Of a stretch of 45,140 nucleotides of DNA, positions 36,309-44,849 are shown in pieces. The translations under genes were made by a program, and so were the position numbers. Origin of the DNA: a virus (lineage: Duplodnaviria; Caudoviricetes); IMG/VR virus record IMGVR_UViG_3300043432_000417, positions 1 to 45,140 of that record; one strand, written 5' to 3'. Position 1 is the first letter of the stretch. Every line of letters begins with the position of its first letter. The notes beneath the pieces were generated by a model. That model saw only the letters and a list, made by a program, of their open reading frames with translations, was not told the origin of the DNA and ran no database searches.

Positions 36309-36685
36309 GGCGAAAGGTCCTTCGCGAGCAAAAGACAGAATCCCTCGATCGCAACGAGCCCATCGCGCGAAGGATGCGGATCGTGGACGATCTTACCTGC
36401 GCGTGCGATGACAGCGTGATCGCCTCGTGGCGACTTTCCAACGAGGATGTAGAAGCCGTCGGGCCAAATGGGTGTCCCCGTCGTCGGCATGTCGAAATGG
36501 AGTGCATAGAGATTTCGTGGCGCGAGCCACTTGTCGAGACGGTCAGCCCAGATGTGGCCGGGCTCGTCGAGATCGCCCATGAAGTAAGGGACCTCCTCAA
36601 TCGCAATCCCCAGCATCGACGCGACGCAAGCCGAGAAACAATTGCCGCCGGGATGACCGAACGTTGTTTGATCAACCGGTTTCAC
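36305..36685 (-). CDS. Papain-fold (C39-like) peptidase-like protein
   Basis: Q...GNCFSACVASML...GDHAVI...VHDP gives a possible Cys-His-Asp triad. Confidence 0.55.
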   Translation of the reverse strand: MKPVDQTTFGHPGGNCFSACVASMLGIAIEEVPYFMGDLDEPGHIWADRLDKWLAPRNLYALHFDMPTTGTPIWPDGFYILVGKSPRGDHAVIARAGKIVHDPHPSRDGLVAIEGFCLLLAKDLSP

Positions 36686-38292
36686 GGATTCACCGCCGGA
36701 AAGAAACGAAGATACTTCTTCGGACATTTGTCGACTTCGAGCTCGGCGGCGATCTGCGCGGCGCCCTCGGTGTCCTTCAAGAAGAGCGGGAGATATTTGT
36801 TCATCCCTTCGTAGAAGCGCCCAAGATGCGGCACTTCTTGGGCCCACCATGATGGATCGTAGATGTGCTCGTCGAAACGGTCGCCGCGAATTGCTTCGGG
36901 CAAGCGGTCCCAATCGCGCCAAGTGACTTGCGGGCGGCGATAGGCGCCGTCGTCGGTGCGACGTCCGTCCTTCTCGATGGTGTTGGTCGATGCGAGCTCG
37001 AGATCGTGATCGATGACCGTCGGCACCGGATGAAAGACCGTGCGACCCGTCGCCATCGCGAAGACGTTCACGAGTGCATCGTCGACAAGCCGCTCGAGCG
37101 CGTGCTTCGCGAGCTCGGTCCTTCGCCACTCGAGAAACTCTCGAAGCACCGCTTGCGGGAAGATGTAGCCGATGCCGATGAGCCCGTCGGTCGTCGTGTA
37201 TCCCGGTTTGCCTTGCGTGAAGATCGTTCGCGCCGCGGGATGCGCGCACGAGAGCGCAATGATGTCGTCGGGCCGACCGCGCACCATTGCATCGACGATG
37301 GTCCAGAAGTCGGGGCTCGCGTCGACGTCGTCTTGCAAGAAGATGCTCGCGTCGACGTCGAGCTCGGCCGCCTTCGACCATTGGAGCTCGGACCATACCC
37401 ACCATGGGCCCGGTGTGCTTTCGACGCGCGAGCTTTTGACATTGGCGCCGTCGTTCGCTTCCAATTGCTCGAGCAAGCGAAGAAGGCTCGAGCGTCGTTC
37501 ACGCTTCGAGATGTCGTGCGTGTACGTGATCGAGAAAGTGACGCGCTCGAGCGGAGCTCGCCGAGCTCGGAACGAGCGAAGCTTCCGATCGACGATTCGC
37601 ATGTATCCCTCACTCATCCACGGATTGGGGGCGAATGGATCGGTGCCGACAGTCCAGTCGGTCTTGTGCAATTCGACGCGCGGGTCATCCCACAAGAGCG
37701 ACGCGACGCGGAGCGGATGATCGTCGTAGCCGAGCGACGACTTCACCGATGTGTCGTGCTTCACGATCGCCGGCACCGAGCAATACATCGGCCGTTGCTG
37801 CTCCCATGCCCAATGGATCGCGAGATTGTCTTCGTTGATGCTCTCGAGCATCGCCTTCGGGATCGTCTCACTCCACTCAAGGAGCCAGCGCGCGACACCC
37901 GGCGGAAGCACGTAGCCCGGGCCCGTGAGCCAGTACGAACGGAACCAAGTATCTTCAATCGGATGCGACGCCGGCGGCGACGCGTGAAGCGAGAGCACGT
38001 GGTCGGGCTTCGCTTCGATCATGTGGCGCACGACGTCGACGAAGTCGGGGCACACTTCGACGTCGTCGTTGAGAAGCACGGCGTGCGCATCGTGCTCGGC
38101 CGCCCAAGCCCAAAGCCGGCGAGCCCATACGCTGGCGTGCTCGCGTTCATTGCTGACGCTGACGTGAACGTTGAGCTCGCGCGTGTGCATGAGCGACGAG
38201 CATTCGGCGAGCTGGCGAAGCAAGCGATGTAGCGTGCCCTTGCGCTCGGGAAGCCAAGCCGCATGCGCGATGCCGATGACAATCTTCTTCAT
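36682..38292 (-). CDS. Tandem two-domain GT-A glycosyltransferase-like protein
   Basis: Repeated architecture: VLLNDDVEVCPDF...VPAIVKHD and IFLQDDVDASPDF...VPTVIDHD. Confidence 0.7.
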   Translation of the reverse strand: MKKIVIGIAHAAWLPERKGTLHRLLRQLAECSSLMHTRELNVHVSVSNEREHASVWARRLWAWAAEHDAHAVLLNDDVEVCPDFVDVVRHMIEAKPDHVLSLHASPPASHPIEDTWFRSYWLTGPGYVLPPGVARWLLEWSETIPKAMLESINEDNLAIHWAWEQQRPMYCSVPAIVKHDTSVKSSLGYDDHPLRVASLLWDDPRVELHKTDWTVGTDPFAPNPWMSEGYMRIVDRKLRSFRARRAPLERVTFSITYTHDISKRERRSSLLRLLEQLEANDGANVKSSRVESTPGPWWVWSELQWSKAAELDVDASIFLQDDVDASPDFWTIVDAMVRGRPDDIIALSCAHPAARTIFTQGKPGYTTTDGLIGIGYIFPQAVLREFLEWRRTELAKHALERLVDDALVNVFAMATGRTVFHPVPTVIDHDLELASTNTIEKDGRRTDDGAYRRPQVTWRDWDRLPEAIRGDRFDEHIYDPSWWAQEVPHLGRFYEGMNKYLPLFLKDTEGAAQIAAELEVDKCPKKYLRFFPAVNP

Positions 38293-39011
38293 AGAGCCTC
38301 GATTCGGTCGTATGGGCGCTTCGCTCGAATCGCTCGAGCGACCGCACGTTCTTTCAAGAGCTCGCGTTGCGAAGCGCGATGCTCGAAGCTCGAAGCGTCG
38401 TTGTAGACGTGCACGACGTTCGGATTGAAGACGACGCGCTCGGGGCCCGCCATCTCGAGCATCGGAAACATCACCGCGAGATCGACCGCGAGCTCGATCC
38501 ATTCTTGCGTGAGGTTTCCGAGCTTGAAGTCGTCGAGCTCGATGCGATGAAACAACCCGGCCCGAAACGTTTTCAAGTGCGACGCAAACCACGGCTGATA
38601 CCGTGGGCTCGGATCCCAATCGACGCCCTCGAGCTCTCGCCATTTCGTGTCGTAGTGAAGGACCATCCCGTACGGCTGGCAATGTCCCGGTCGGCCGTCG
38701 GCGTGCACGTATTGCCCATAGGTGAGCCAGGTCTCGGGCTTCTCTTCGTAGATGGTCGCGATCGTCGCGAGCGCTTTCGAGCTCGAGAGCCAGTCGTCAC
38801 CGTCGAGCCACACGACGATGGTCTCTTTCGGTAGGCCCTCGATCATGGCCATCAAGTTGACGACGACGGGCTCGGGCTTCGGCTGCGCGCCGGCGTTGAT
38901 GTAGCGGTGCTCGACGATGCCGACATCTTCTTGAGAGAGCACGCTCGCGCGACACTTCGCTTCGGTCGGTGCGTTGAAGGCCGTCGAGACGACGACGAAG
39001 TGCGGTCTCAT
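38289..39011 (-). CDS. GT2-family glycosyltransferase
   Basis: FVVVSTAFNA...SVLSQ...IVVWLDGDDWL...WLTYG...SHLKTFR...D.AVMFPMLEMAG...YN. Confidence 0.8.
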   Translation of the reverse strand: MRPHFVVVSTAFNAPTEAKCRASVLSQEDVGIVEHRYINAGAQPKPEPVVVNLMAMIEGLPKETIVVWLDGDDWLSSSKALATIATIYEEKPETWLTYGQYVHADGRPGHCQPYGMVLHYDTKWRELEGVDWDPSPRYQPWFASHLKTFRAGLFHRIELDDFKLGNLTQEWIELAVDLAVMFPMLEMAGPERVVFNPNVVHVYNDASSFEHRASQRELLKERAVARAIRAKRPYDRIEAL

Positions 39012-39586
39012 ACCTCGGTCCACCAACACGACGACCACTCGCCTTCCGGCCCGAGCCCGAGCTTCGTGTTGCCTTTGCCGAAGAACGAGTCGACGACATC
39101 GATGACCCCTTGATAGTCCGGCTGATAATCGTGCCCCGACACGATGCCGCCCTTCTTCACGAGGTAGCCGAAGCCGTGAAGATCTTTCTTCACGCTCTCT
39201 TCGTCGTGCGCTCCGTCGATGAAGAGCATGTCGGCCGCGACGTCGAGAGCGATCGTGTCGACCGTGCCGCGCACGATGTGCACGCGCTCGAGTACGTCGG
39301 GGGCGTTCGCGCGCATCAAGTCGAGAAACGCGAAGAAGAGACCACCGTGCTTCGCGCCGAGCTCGGCATATTCCCCCATGCCGAGATAGCCAGTCGATGT
39401 GTCGTCGAGCCACGGATCGATCGCCCAAAGCTCGAGATCGGGGCGCCGCTGGCCCATGTACGCGAGCGAGCGACCGAGGAAGACGCCGACTTCGATGAAG
39501 ACGCCGCCGTGCGGGATCCGCTTCGCCATCTCGTCGTAGAAGGGAAGGATGTCGCGCGACCAACCGGGGATATTTTCGTAGCTCAT
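39008..39586 (-). CDS. Class I SAM-dependent methyltransferase (Methyltransf_24-like)
   Basis: FIEVGVFLGRS; AIDPW; DMLFIDGAHDEESVKKDL; KKGGIVSGHDY. Confidence 0.85.
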   Translation of the reverse strand: MSYENIPGWSRDILPFYDEMAKRIPHGGVFIEVGVFLGRSLAYMGQRRPDLELWAIDPWLDDTSTGYLGMGEYAELGAKHGGLFFAFLDLMRANAPDVLERVHIVRGTVDTIALDVAADMLFIDGAHDEESVKKDLHGFGYLVKKGGIVSGHDYQPDYQGVIDVVDSFFGKGNTKLGLGPEGEWSSCWWTEV

Positions 39587-40131
39587 TGTCCGTTTCCTTT
39601 CTTGGGATCGAGCTTTGCCCATGCTTGCCAGCATCGGCCGAGCCCGGTGATTTCGCCGGCGACGAGATTGAAGCCACTCGCTTCAAGTGATGCACCGGTC
39701 TCGAGCATGTCGAGCTCGGTCTCGAATTCGATCAGTACGATCTTTGGAGATTCGGTCTCGAGCATGTCGAGCGATTTGGGCGTCGGCGACGCGATGTGCA
39801 AAAGATCGCATCGTGGCAAGACGAGCGGCATCGTCGTAAAGACACGACCCCCCGGCGGCATGTTGAGCCGAAGGATGCGCGCGAGCGCGTCGTCGTCTTC
39901 GTAGCAATCGATCCATGCGTACGGCCACCGAAGCGCGGCGTAGGCCGCGAAGGCACCGACGCCGGCGCCGATGTCGACGATACGCCGCACTTGCGGCTCG
40001 AAGGGCATCGGGGGAAAGCCGACGCCTTGCCCGCGGAGTTGCTTGACCGTCGCCTCGGTGAGCTCGATCGGCGTGACGATGTTGGTGCCGCGGCAGAACG
40101 GCACCGAGACGCAATTCATTTCATTGCTCAT
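39583..40131 (-). CDS. Short FkbM-like methyltransferase-fold protein
   Basis: IVDIGAGVGAFA...WP.AWIDCYE...N; the C-terminal half looks shortened. Confidence 0.55.
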   Translation of the reverse strand: MSNEMNCVSVPFCRGTNIVTPIELTEATVKQLRGQGVGFPPMPFEPQVRRIVDIGAGVGAFAAYAALRWPYAWIDCYEDDDALARILRLNMPPGGRVFTTMPLVLPRCDLLHIASPTPKSLDMLETESPKIVLIEFETELDMLETGASLEASGFNLVAGEITGLGRCWQAWAKLDPKKGNGQ

Positions 40132-40669
40132 GGTGGTCGGATCCTTCTTCGTTGAGTTGCTCGAGCATCGCGTTGATGGCCTTGAGCGCTTCGGGAAAGC
40201 CGCGAAGCGTGGCGATGAGAGCGCGCTCGATGCGCTTCCACCGCGGGGTGTGCAAGATGCGCTTCTCGAGCCCGGCTTGCCGCGTGTCCAATGTGTGAAG
40301 CGTGCCGGCGATGGATCGCATGACCTTCGCGCGCTCGATGGGCGTCGCATCGGGATCGGTGCGCACGTACGCCATCAAGTCGAAGGCCGCGCGCTCGAGC
40401 TCGTCGTACGATGCATCGACGTCGATGCCCGCGAACGGCGCCGCCGGCGGTGCGGCCCCGTTCATCTTCGTCGGCTTCGCGGGCTCATCCCACGCGTCGA
40501 TCGGCACGCGAAAGTGCTTCTCGATGAGCTTTCTTTTCGCCTTCGACGGGTGCTTCTCGTCGCGAAGCCAGTAACCGACCGCTTGTCGCGAGACCTTCGC
40601 ACGCGCGGCGATCTCGTCTTGCGACGCGCCGGTACGTGCGAGAAGTCGAGCGGCTTCGCTCCGTTTCAT
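40121..40669 (-). CDS. HTH protein, probable terminase small subunit
   Basis: SQDEIAARAKVSRQAVGYW HTH; helical C-terminus P.W.RI...L...L..FPEA; only candidate DNA-binding gene upstream of terL. Confidence 0.5.
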   Translation of the reverse strand: MKRSEAARLLARTGASQDEIAARAKVSRQAVGYWLRDEKHPSKAKRKLIEKHFRVPIDAWDEPAKPTKMNGAAPPAAPFAGIDVDASYDELERAAFDLMAYVRTDPDATPIERAKVMRSIAGTLHTLDTRQAGLEKRILHTPRWKRIERALIATLRGFPEALKAINAMLEQLNEEGSDHHEQ

Positions 40670-41298
40670 CCCGCGCACTCTTGAAGAAACTTGGTTGTCC
40701 CGGGGTGCTTGTGCATCGCCGCAAGAATGACCGGCGGTACGGTGATGATGTCGACGTCGGCCTTGAAGGCATCGACGACATCCTTCACCGTGCGAATCGA
40801 ACCGACGAGCACTTCGGGCGGATCGTATTCATCGTCTTCGCTCTTCGCAAAGCTCTTCTCGAGAATGAGCTTCTTCGCGAAGGCAACGACGTCGGCCGGT
40901 GAGAGATGCGCGTCGAGCGAGCGATTCCAGAAGACCGAAAGGATCTTCGGGTTGGCCATCACCGCGATCGCCGCCTGCTCTTCGCTCAAGATTGCGGTGA
41001 GGTTGAAGCGCTTGCGGTCGAGCGCCACGGGCATGCGCGGAAGCCACTCGAGCGGCATCTTGACGATGACCCCTTCGTCGATCTCGAGATATTGCTCGGA
41101 TCGGTCGTCGGGCCCGGCGAGCTGTACCGAGACGCACGGCACGATCGCCGCGATGTCTTCGATGCGCTTGAGCACGTCGATGCCGGGATCTTCCTTTCGG
41201 ATGACGATCGGGTTTGTGGTGACGCCGCGAATGATGCCCTCGCCGAAGGCTTCGCGGATTGTCTCGAGATCGGCCGTGTCGATGAAGAGCTGTGTCAT
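40666..41298 (-). CDS. Transaldolase/fructose-6-phosphate aldolase family (TalC-like)
   Basis: LFIDTAD; GVTTNP; Schiff-base Lys in VIVKMP; NLT; VLVGSIR; DIITVPP; HP.T. Confidence 0.85.
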   Translation of the reverse strand: MTQLFIDTADLETIREAFGEGIIRGVTTNPIVIRKEDPGIDVLKRIEDIAAIVPCVSVQLAGPDDRSEQYLEIDEGVIVKMPLEWLPRMPVALDRKRFNLTAILSEEQAAIAVMANPKILSVFWNRSLDAHLSPADVVAFAKKLILEKSFAKSEDDEYDPPEVLVGSIRTVKDVVDAFKADVDIITVPPVILAAMHKHPGTTKFLQECAG

Positions 41299-41302
41299 GG
41301 TC

Positions 41303-41914
41303 TCACCATTTCGGTTTGAAGCGCGCGAGCGCGGGATGCGTGACGAGAAGATGCAAGAGCACCGACGTGATGCCTTCGACGTGCGGCGTCACTCGCTCGG
41401 GATAGAGATTCGGGATGACGAGCACGCAATCGGCGATCTTCGCGAGCTCGCCTCCGTCGCGGCCGACGATCGCGAGCACGGGATGCCCTCGCTCGCGCAT
41501 GCCTAGCGCGCCGGCGACGAGAGATTTGCTCGTGCGACCGTTGCCACCGCCGACCGAGAGAAAGAGCGCGGCTTCGTTGCCGACGGGTAACCCCTGCATG
41601 TCGAACCAGTGGGCAAGCCACGTCTCGAAGTCTTCGTCGTTCGCGAGCGCCGTCATGAGCGGCACATTGTCGGTCGGGCAGATCGCGTGCTTGCCGCAAA
41701 GCTTTTGCAGATCGTTCGCCATGTGCGACGCGTGCGCCGACGATCCACCGAGCCCGCACACGTAGATCGTTTCTGCGAGCGCGAGATGTCCGGCGAGCTC
41801 TTCGACGTCGTCGGGGTAGATGTCGCGAAGGATCGAGAGCGTTTCTGCGATGTAGGTCTCGGTGAAGCGCGGCGCTTGCACTGAGCTCGGCATGGTTTCC
41901 GGTTCCGTCACCAT
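41303..41914 (-). CDS. gmhA: Phosphoheptose (sedoheptulose-7-P) isomerase, SIS domain
   Basis: IYVCGLGGSSAHASHMANDL; TALAND; LSVGG; GRDGG; PHVEG....LH. Confidence 0.85.
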   Translation of the reverse strand: MVTEPETMPSSVQAPRFTETYIAETLSILRDIYPDDVEELAGHLALAETIYVCGLGGSSAHASHMANDLQKLCGKHAICPTDNVPLMTALANDEDFETWLAHWFDMQGLPVGNEAALFLSVGGGNGRTSKSLVAGALGMRERGHPVLAIVGRDGGELAKIADCVLVIPNLYPERVTPHVEGITSVLLHLLVTHPALARFKPKW

Positions 41915-42852
41915 CGAATGACCTCCACTCCAGGCACGCCGAAGCGCACGTCTTGCCGCTTGAATCCGAATTCGGTGAGCCGCTGGCGAAGCGTCGAGCG
42001 ATCGTCGCGACAGTCCGCCGGCGCCGAGACGAGAAGAAAGCCGCCACCGCCGGCGCCGACGATCTTCGCGCCGATGGCGCCGCATCTCTTCGCGACCGCG
42101 ATCGCGCCTTCGATGCGTGGGTTGCTCATGACGTCGGGCGCCGTCGCGAGCTTGAGCGCGTGATGGCGATCGAGAATCGAGCCGATGTGCTCGCCGGCGC
42201 TGACGAGACCGACGAGCTTCTTGATTTGATGCATCGCTTCGACGTTCGCCTCTTTCGCTTGCGCGCGAAGAACGTCCTGCGCACTTCGGTGCGTGCCCGT
42301 GAACCAAAGCTCGAGTGTTTCGATGCCTTTGATTTGCCCTTCGCTGATACGGAATTGGTTCACGCGATCGGGCCATGCGCCGCCGTCGAAGGACTGGATA
42401 CCGCCGAAGGCCGCGATCATGTGGTCTTGCCATCCCGTGTCGGGATCGACGTCCTTCTCGTATTTGTGCGCGTGCTTCGCGAGCGTGCGCGCATCGTCGC
42501 GGTAGCCCTGCATGGTCCCGAGCGCCGCGGAAAGCGCGACCATGAAAGCGCCGCTCGAGCCGAGCCCGGTATTGGCCGGCACGTCGGCCATGGTGTGGAG
42601 CTCGATGCCGTAGAAGCCCGCGAGCGCGTGCCGAAGAAGCGGATGCTCGAGATCGGCGGCATTGTCGACGAGCTCGTCTTTCTTGTAGGCGACGCGAATC
42701 TTCTCATCCCATTCGCGTTTCTTGAGCATCACGGTGACGTAGCGATCAATCGTCATCGTGAGAAGCCGCGCGCCGTGCTCGGCCGCGTACCACGGGAGAT
42801 CGGTACCGCCGCCGGCGAGCGAAATCCGAAGCGGAGCTCGGGCGATGATCAT
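41908..42852 (-). CDS. hddA: D-glycero-alpha-D-manno-heptose-7-phosphate kinase (GHMP family)
   Basis: ARAPLRISLAGGGTD; ADVPANTGLGSSGA; GWQD..IAAFGG; FTG..RSA; GAKIVGAGGGGFLL. Confidence 0.85.
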   Translation of the reverse strand: MIIARAPLRISLAGGGTDLPWYAAEHGARLLTMTIDRYVTVMLKKREWDEKIRVAYKKDELVDNAADLEHPLLRHALAGFYGIELHTMADVPANTGLGSSGAFMVALSAALGTMQGYRDDARTLAKHAHKYEKDVDPDTGWQDHMIAAFGGIQSFDGGAWPDRVNQFRISEGQIKGIETLELWFTGTHRSAQDVLRAQAKEANVEAMHQIKKLVGLVSAGEHIGSILDRHHALKLATAPDVMSNPRIEGAIAVAKRCGAIGAKIVGAGGGGFLLVSAPADCRDDRSTLRQRLTEFGFKRQDVRFGVPGVEVIRW

Positions 42853-43037
42853 TTGCGTACCCATTCCTTCCAACACGCATCATCCGCGCTTGGACAAAAC
42901 GCATCGCCAGCATCGGCGAGCGGCTTCCCGCAATTCTTGCAGCGCTCGACGATTCGGGGCGGATTGCATACGCACACGGCGCCGTGGCACACACCACAGG
43001 CTTCGTAATGGCTCATCTTCGGCTCGAAGATGCTCAT
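42849..43037 (-). CDS. Small Cys-rich zinc-finger protein
   Basis: CGVC..VCVC..CKNC...FC....C; ATGA-coupled at both ends. Confidence 0.5.
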   Translation of the reverse strand: MSIFEPKMSHYEACGVCHGAVCVCNPPRIVERCKNCGKPLADAGDAFCPSADDACWKEWVRK

Positions 43038-43243
43038 CGCGGGCCGTCCTCTTCTGCTTTCGCCTGCATGAGCGCCGAGCACTCTTCGATCGATTTGATG
43101 GTCTTGCGAAGCGCATCGACGAGCTCGCCGGGTGTCGTTCCCATGCTTTGCACGTTCGGTTTTGGAATCATCGTCGTCGGATGTCGCTCGCTCGTGTGGA
43201 GCACGTACGCGAACGGCGTTTCAAAGATGCGCACGAGATTCAT
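43034..43243 (-). CDS. Hypothetical protein
   Basis: Coupled in the operon. Confidence 0.5.
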   Translation of the reverse strand: MNLVRIFETPFAYVLHTSERHPTTMIPKPNVQSMGTTPGELVDALRKTIKSIEECSALMQAKAEEDGPR

Positions 43244-43535
43244 GTCGGCTCTCTGTGAAGGTTGCGGTCACGTGAATCGATTGGATGAAGCCGCGCGCGA
43301 TGGTGGCGTCTTCGGCGAGCACCGCTTGCGTCGCGATGAAGAGCGTCGATGCCGAGTGAAGCGTCATCGTGCGAAGCCGATCGGGCGAGTGTTTCCAGTC
43401 GCGCCGGATGCGACGGATGTTCGCCTTCGCGAGCTCGACTTCGCGCGCTTTGTATCCCGCGAATTGTTCCGGCGTGGGATTCCACGGATTGACCGGCCCG
43501 GGATCGATGTGGGTCGCGGGGTGCTCGTCGCTCAT
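43221..43535 (-). CDS. Hypothetical protein
   Basis: AAGGA RBS; ATGA overlap with the nucleotidyltransferase stop. Confidence 0.5.
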   Translation of the reverse strand: MSDEHPATHIDPGPVNPWNPTPEQFAGYKAREVELAKANIRRIRRDWKHSPDRLRTMTLHSASTLFIATQAVLAEDATIARGFIQSIHVTATFTESRHESRAHL

Positions 43536-44353
43536 GTGATGGCGTCCTTTCGTCCGAGATGCGCTTCGAGATTCGAGAGACCTTCGGGGCTTCCGATTTC
43601 GTGGAAGAACTCGGGCACGACGACGGCGCGCACGAAGCCGCCTTCCTTGCCGCGCGGGTCGGTCGCCGGCGTTCGCGCCCATGCGCCGAGCTCGGCGTTC
43701 AAGTCGGTGTAAAAAAAGTTGGTGTACTCGAGCGCGTCACGCCGCATCGCGATCGCGCCGTAGTCGACAAAGCGGTAGTCGGCCGAACACGTCTTCTCGT
43801 CTTTGATGACGTCCCGAACGAACTTGAGATCGCCCGAGAGCTTCACGTTCCCGCGCGCCCATCGTGGATTTTCGCAAACCGTCATCACCGCGCCGAGCTT
43901 CGAGATCGCCGCTTGGGCGAGCGCCATCGCCGCAAAGCCGTACTTGTAGTCGATGAACGAATCGCCATACGTGACGAGAAATTCATCACGAAGGACCGGC
44001 ATCGGCTCGAAATGCCCTCGGATATTTTCGGGCGTGCTCTCTTCTCGGTCGAGCTTGAAGGTCATGCCGCGCCATTCCCTTGCGAGAATGCGAAGTGCAT
44101 TCGCCGTGCCCGTCGGCTCGGGCTCGATGGCGAAGCGGCAATGCTCGCCCCGACGCGGGCTCAAGCTGAGATAGCGGATGATCTCGTAGGCGCCGCCGGC
44201 TTCCGTCATGCAAAACACAAAATCATCGAAGCCAGCAGCGAGAAGCCCGTCGACTTGCCAGTCGATGAACGGTCGACCGCGCACGGGAATGAGCGACTTC
44301 ACGCGCCCGCCCATGCGCGTCCCGAGCCCGCCGCAAAGGATGACGGCTTGCAT
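43532..44353 (-). CDS. hddC: Sugar-1-phosphate nucleotidyltransferase (HddC-like)
   Basis: MQAVILCGGLGTRM...KSLIPVRGRPFI; EPEPTGTANAL; FLVTYGDS; FHEIGSPEGL; clustered with hddA/gmhA. Confidence 0.75.
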   Translation of the reverse strand: MQAVILCGGLGTRMGGRVKSLIPVRGRPFIDWQVDGLLAAGFDDFVFCMTEAGGAYEIIRYLSLSPRRGEHCRFAIEPEPTGTANALRILAREWRGMTFKLDREESTPENIRGHFEPMPVLRDEFLVTYGDSFIDYKYGFAAMALAQAAISKLGAVMTVCENPRWARGNVKLSGDLKFVRDVIKDEKTCSADYRFVDYGAIAMRRDALEYTNFFYTDLNAELGAWARTPATDPRGKEGGFVRAVVVPEFFHEIGSPEGLSNLEAHLGRKDAIT

Positions 44354-44589
44354 CACGAAGGCTTTCTCGGTTGGACGTCGAAGGAACCGTCGGGCGCATT
44401 CTCTTCGATGTGCTCGAGTGCCACGCGAAGCAACGCCGCGACCCCCTTCGGATCGCACGTCGTGTCGAGCGTGAGATGGTCGTCGTTTGCATCGATGGCC
44501 ACGACGACAAAGGCCGCCTTCGAGCCAAGATGCTTCGCAACGACTTGCCCGATGTCTTCGACAAATGCTCTCGCTTGGATCGTATTCAT
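44353..44589 (-). CDS. Hypothetical protein
   Basis: Coupled at both ends (ATGA, TGATG). Confidence 0.55.
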   Translation of the reverse strand: MNTIQARAFVEDIGQVVAKHLGSKAAFVVVAIDANDDHLTLDTTCDPKGVAALLRVALEHIEENAPDGSFDVQPRKPS

Positions 44590-44849
44590 GTTCGCACCTT
44601 GCGCGCTTCGCGCTCTTCGGGGTCCTCGTGCAAGCCAAAAATGTGGATGCCGATGCGACCGCACCGCTCGGCATGCTCTTCCGCTTCCGCCGTGCGGAGC
44701 GTGCGCGTCTCTTGCGATCCGTCTTGAATCTTCTTCGTGTTGGCGATGTCGCTCCCGCCCTTCTCGTCGACGATCGCGTCGATCTCGACGGCGTAGTAAC
44801 GGGTCTCGCCGCACACCGTGCATCGCCATCCGCACTTGAAGGTCGTCAT
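44586..44849 (-). CDS. Small CxxC-containing hypothetical protein
   Basis: CTVCG...HAERC; GAGG RBS. Confidence 0.55.
   Translation of the reverse strand: MTTFKCGWRCTVCGETRYYAVEIDAIVDEKGGSDIANTKKIQDGSQETRTLRTAEAEEHAERCGRIGIHIFGLHEDPEEREARKVRT

Noticed and set aside
36682-40131. DNA hypermodification as the main role of the GT/methyltransferase genes
   Set aside because: No recognisable hydroxymethylase, TET/JBP, DNA methyltransferase or phage DNA polymerase to provide a modifiable base; methyltransferases look like small-molecule/glycan types. Disfavoured, not excluded.
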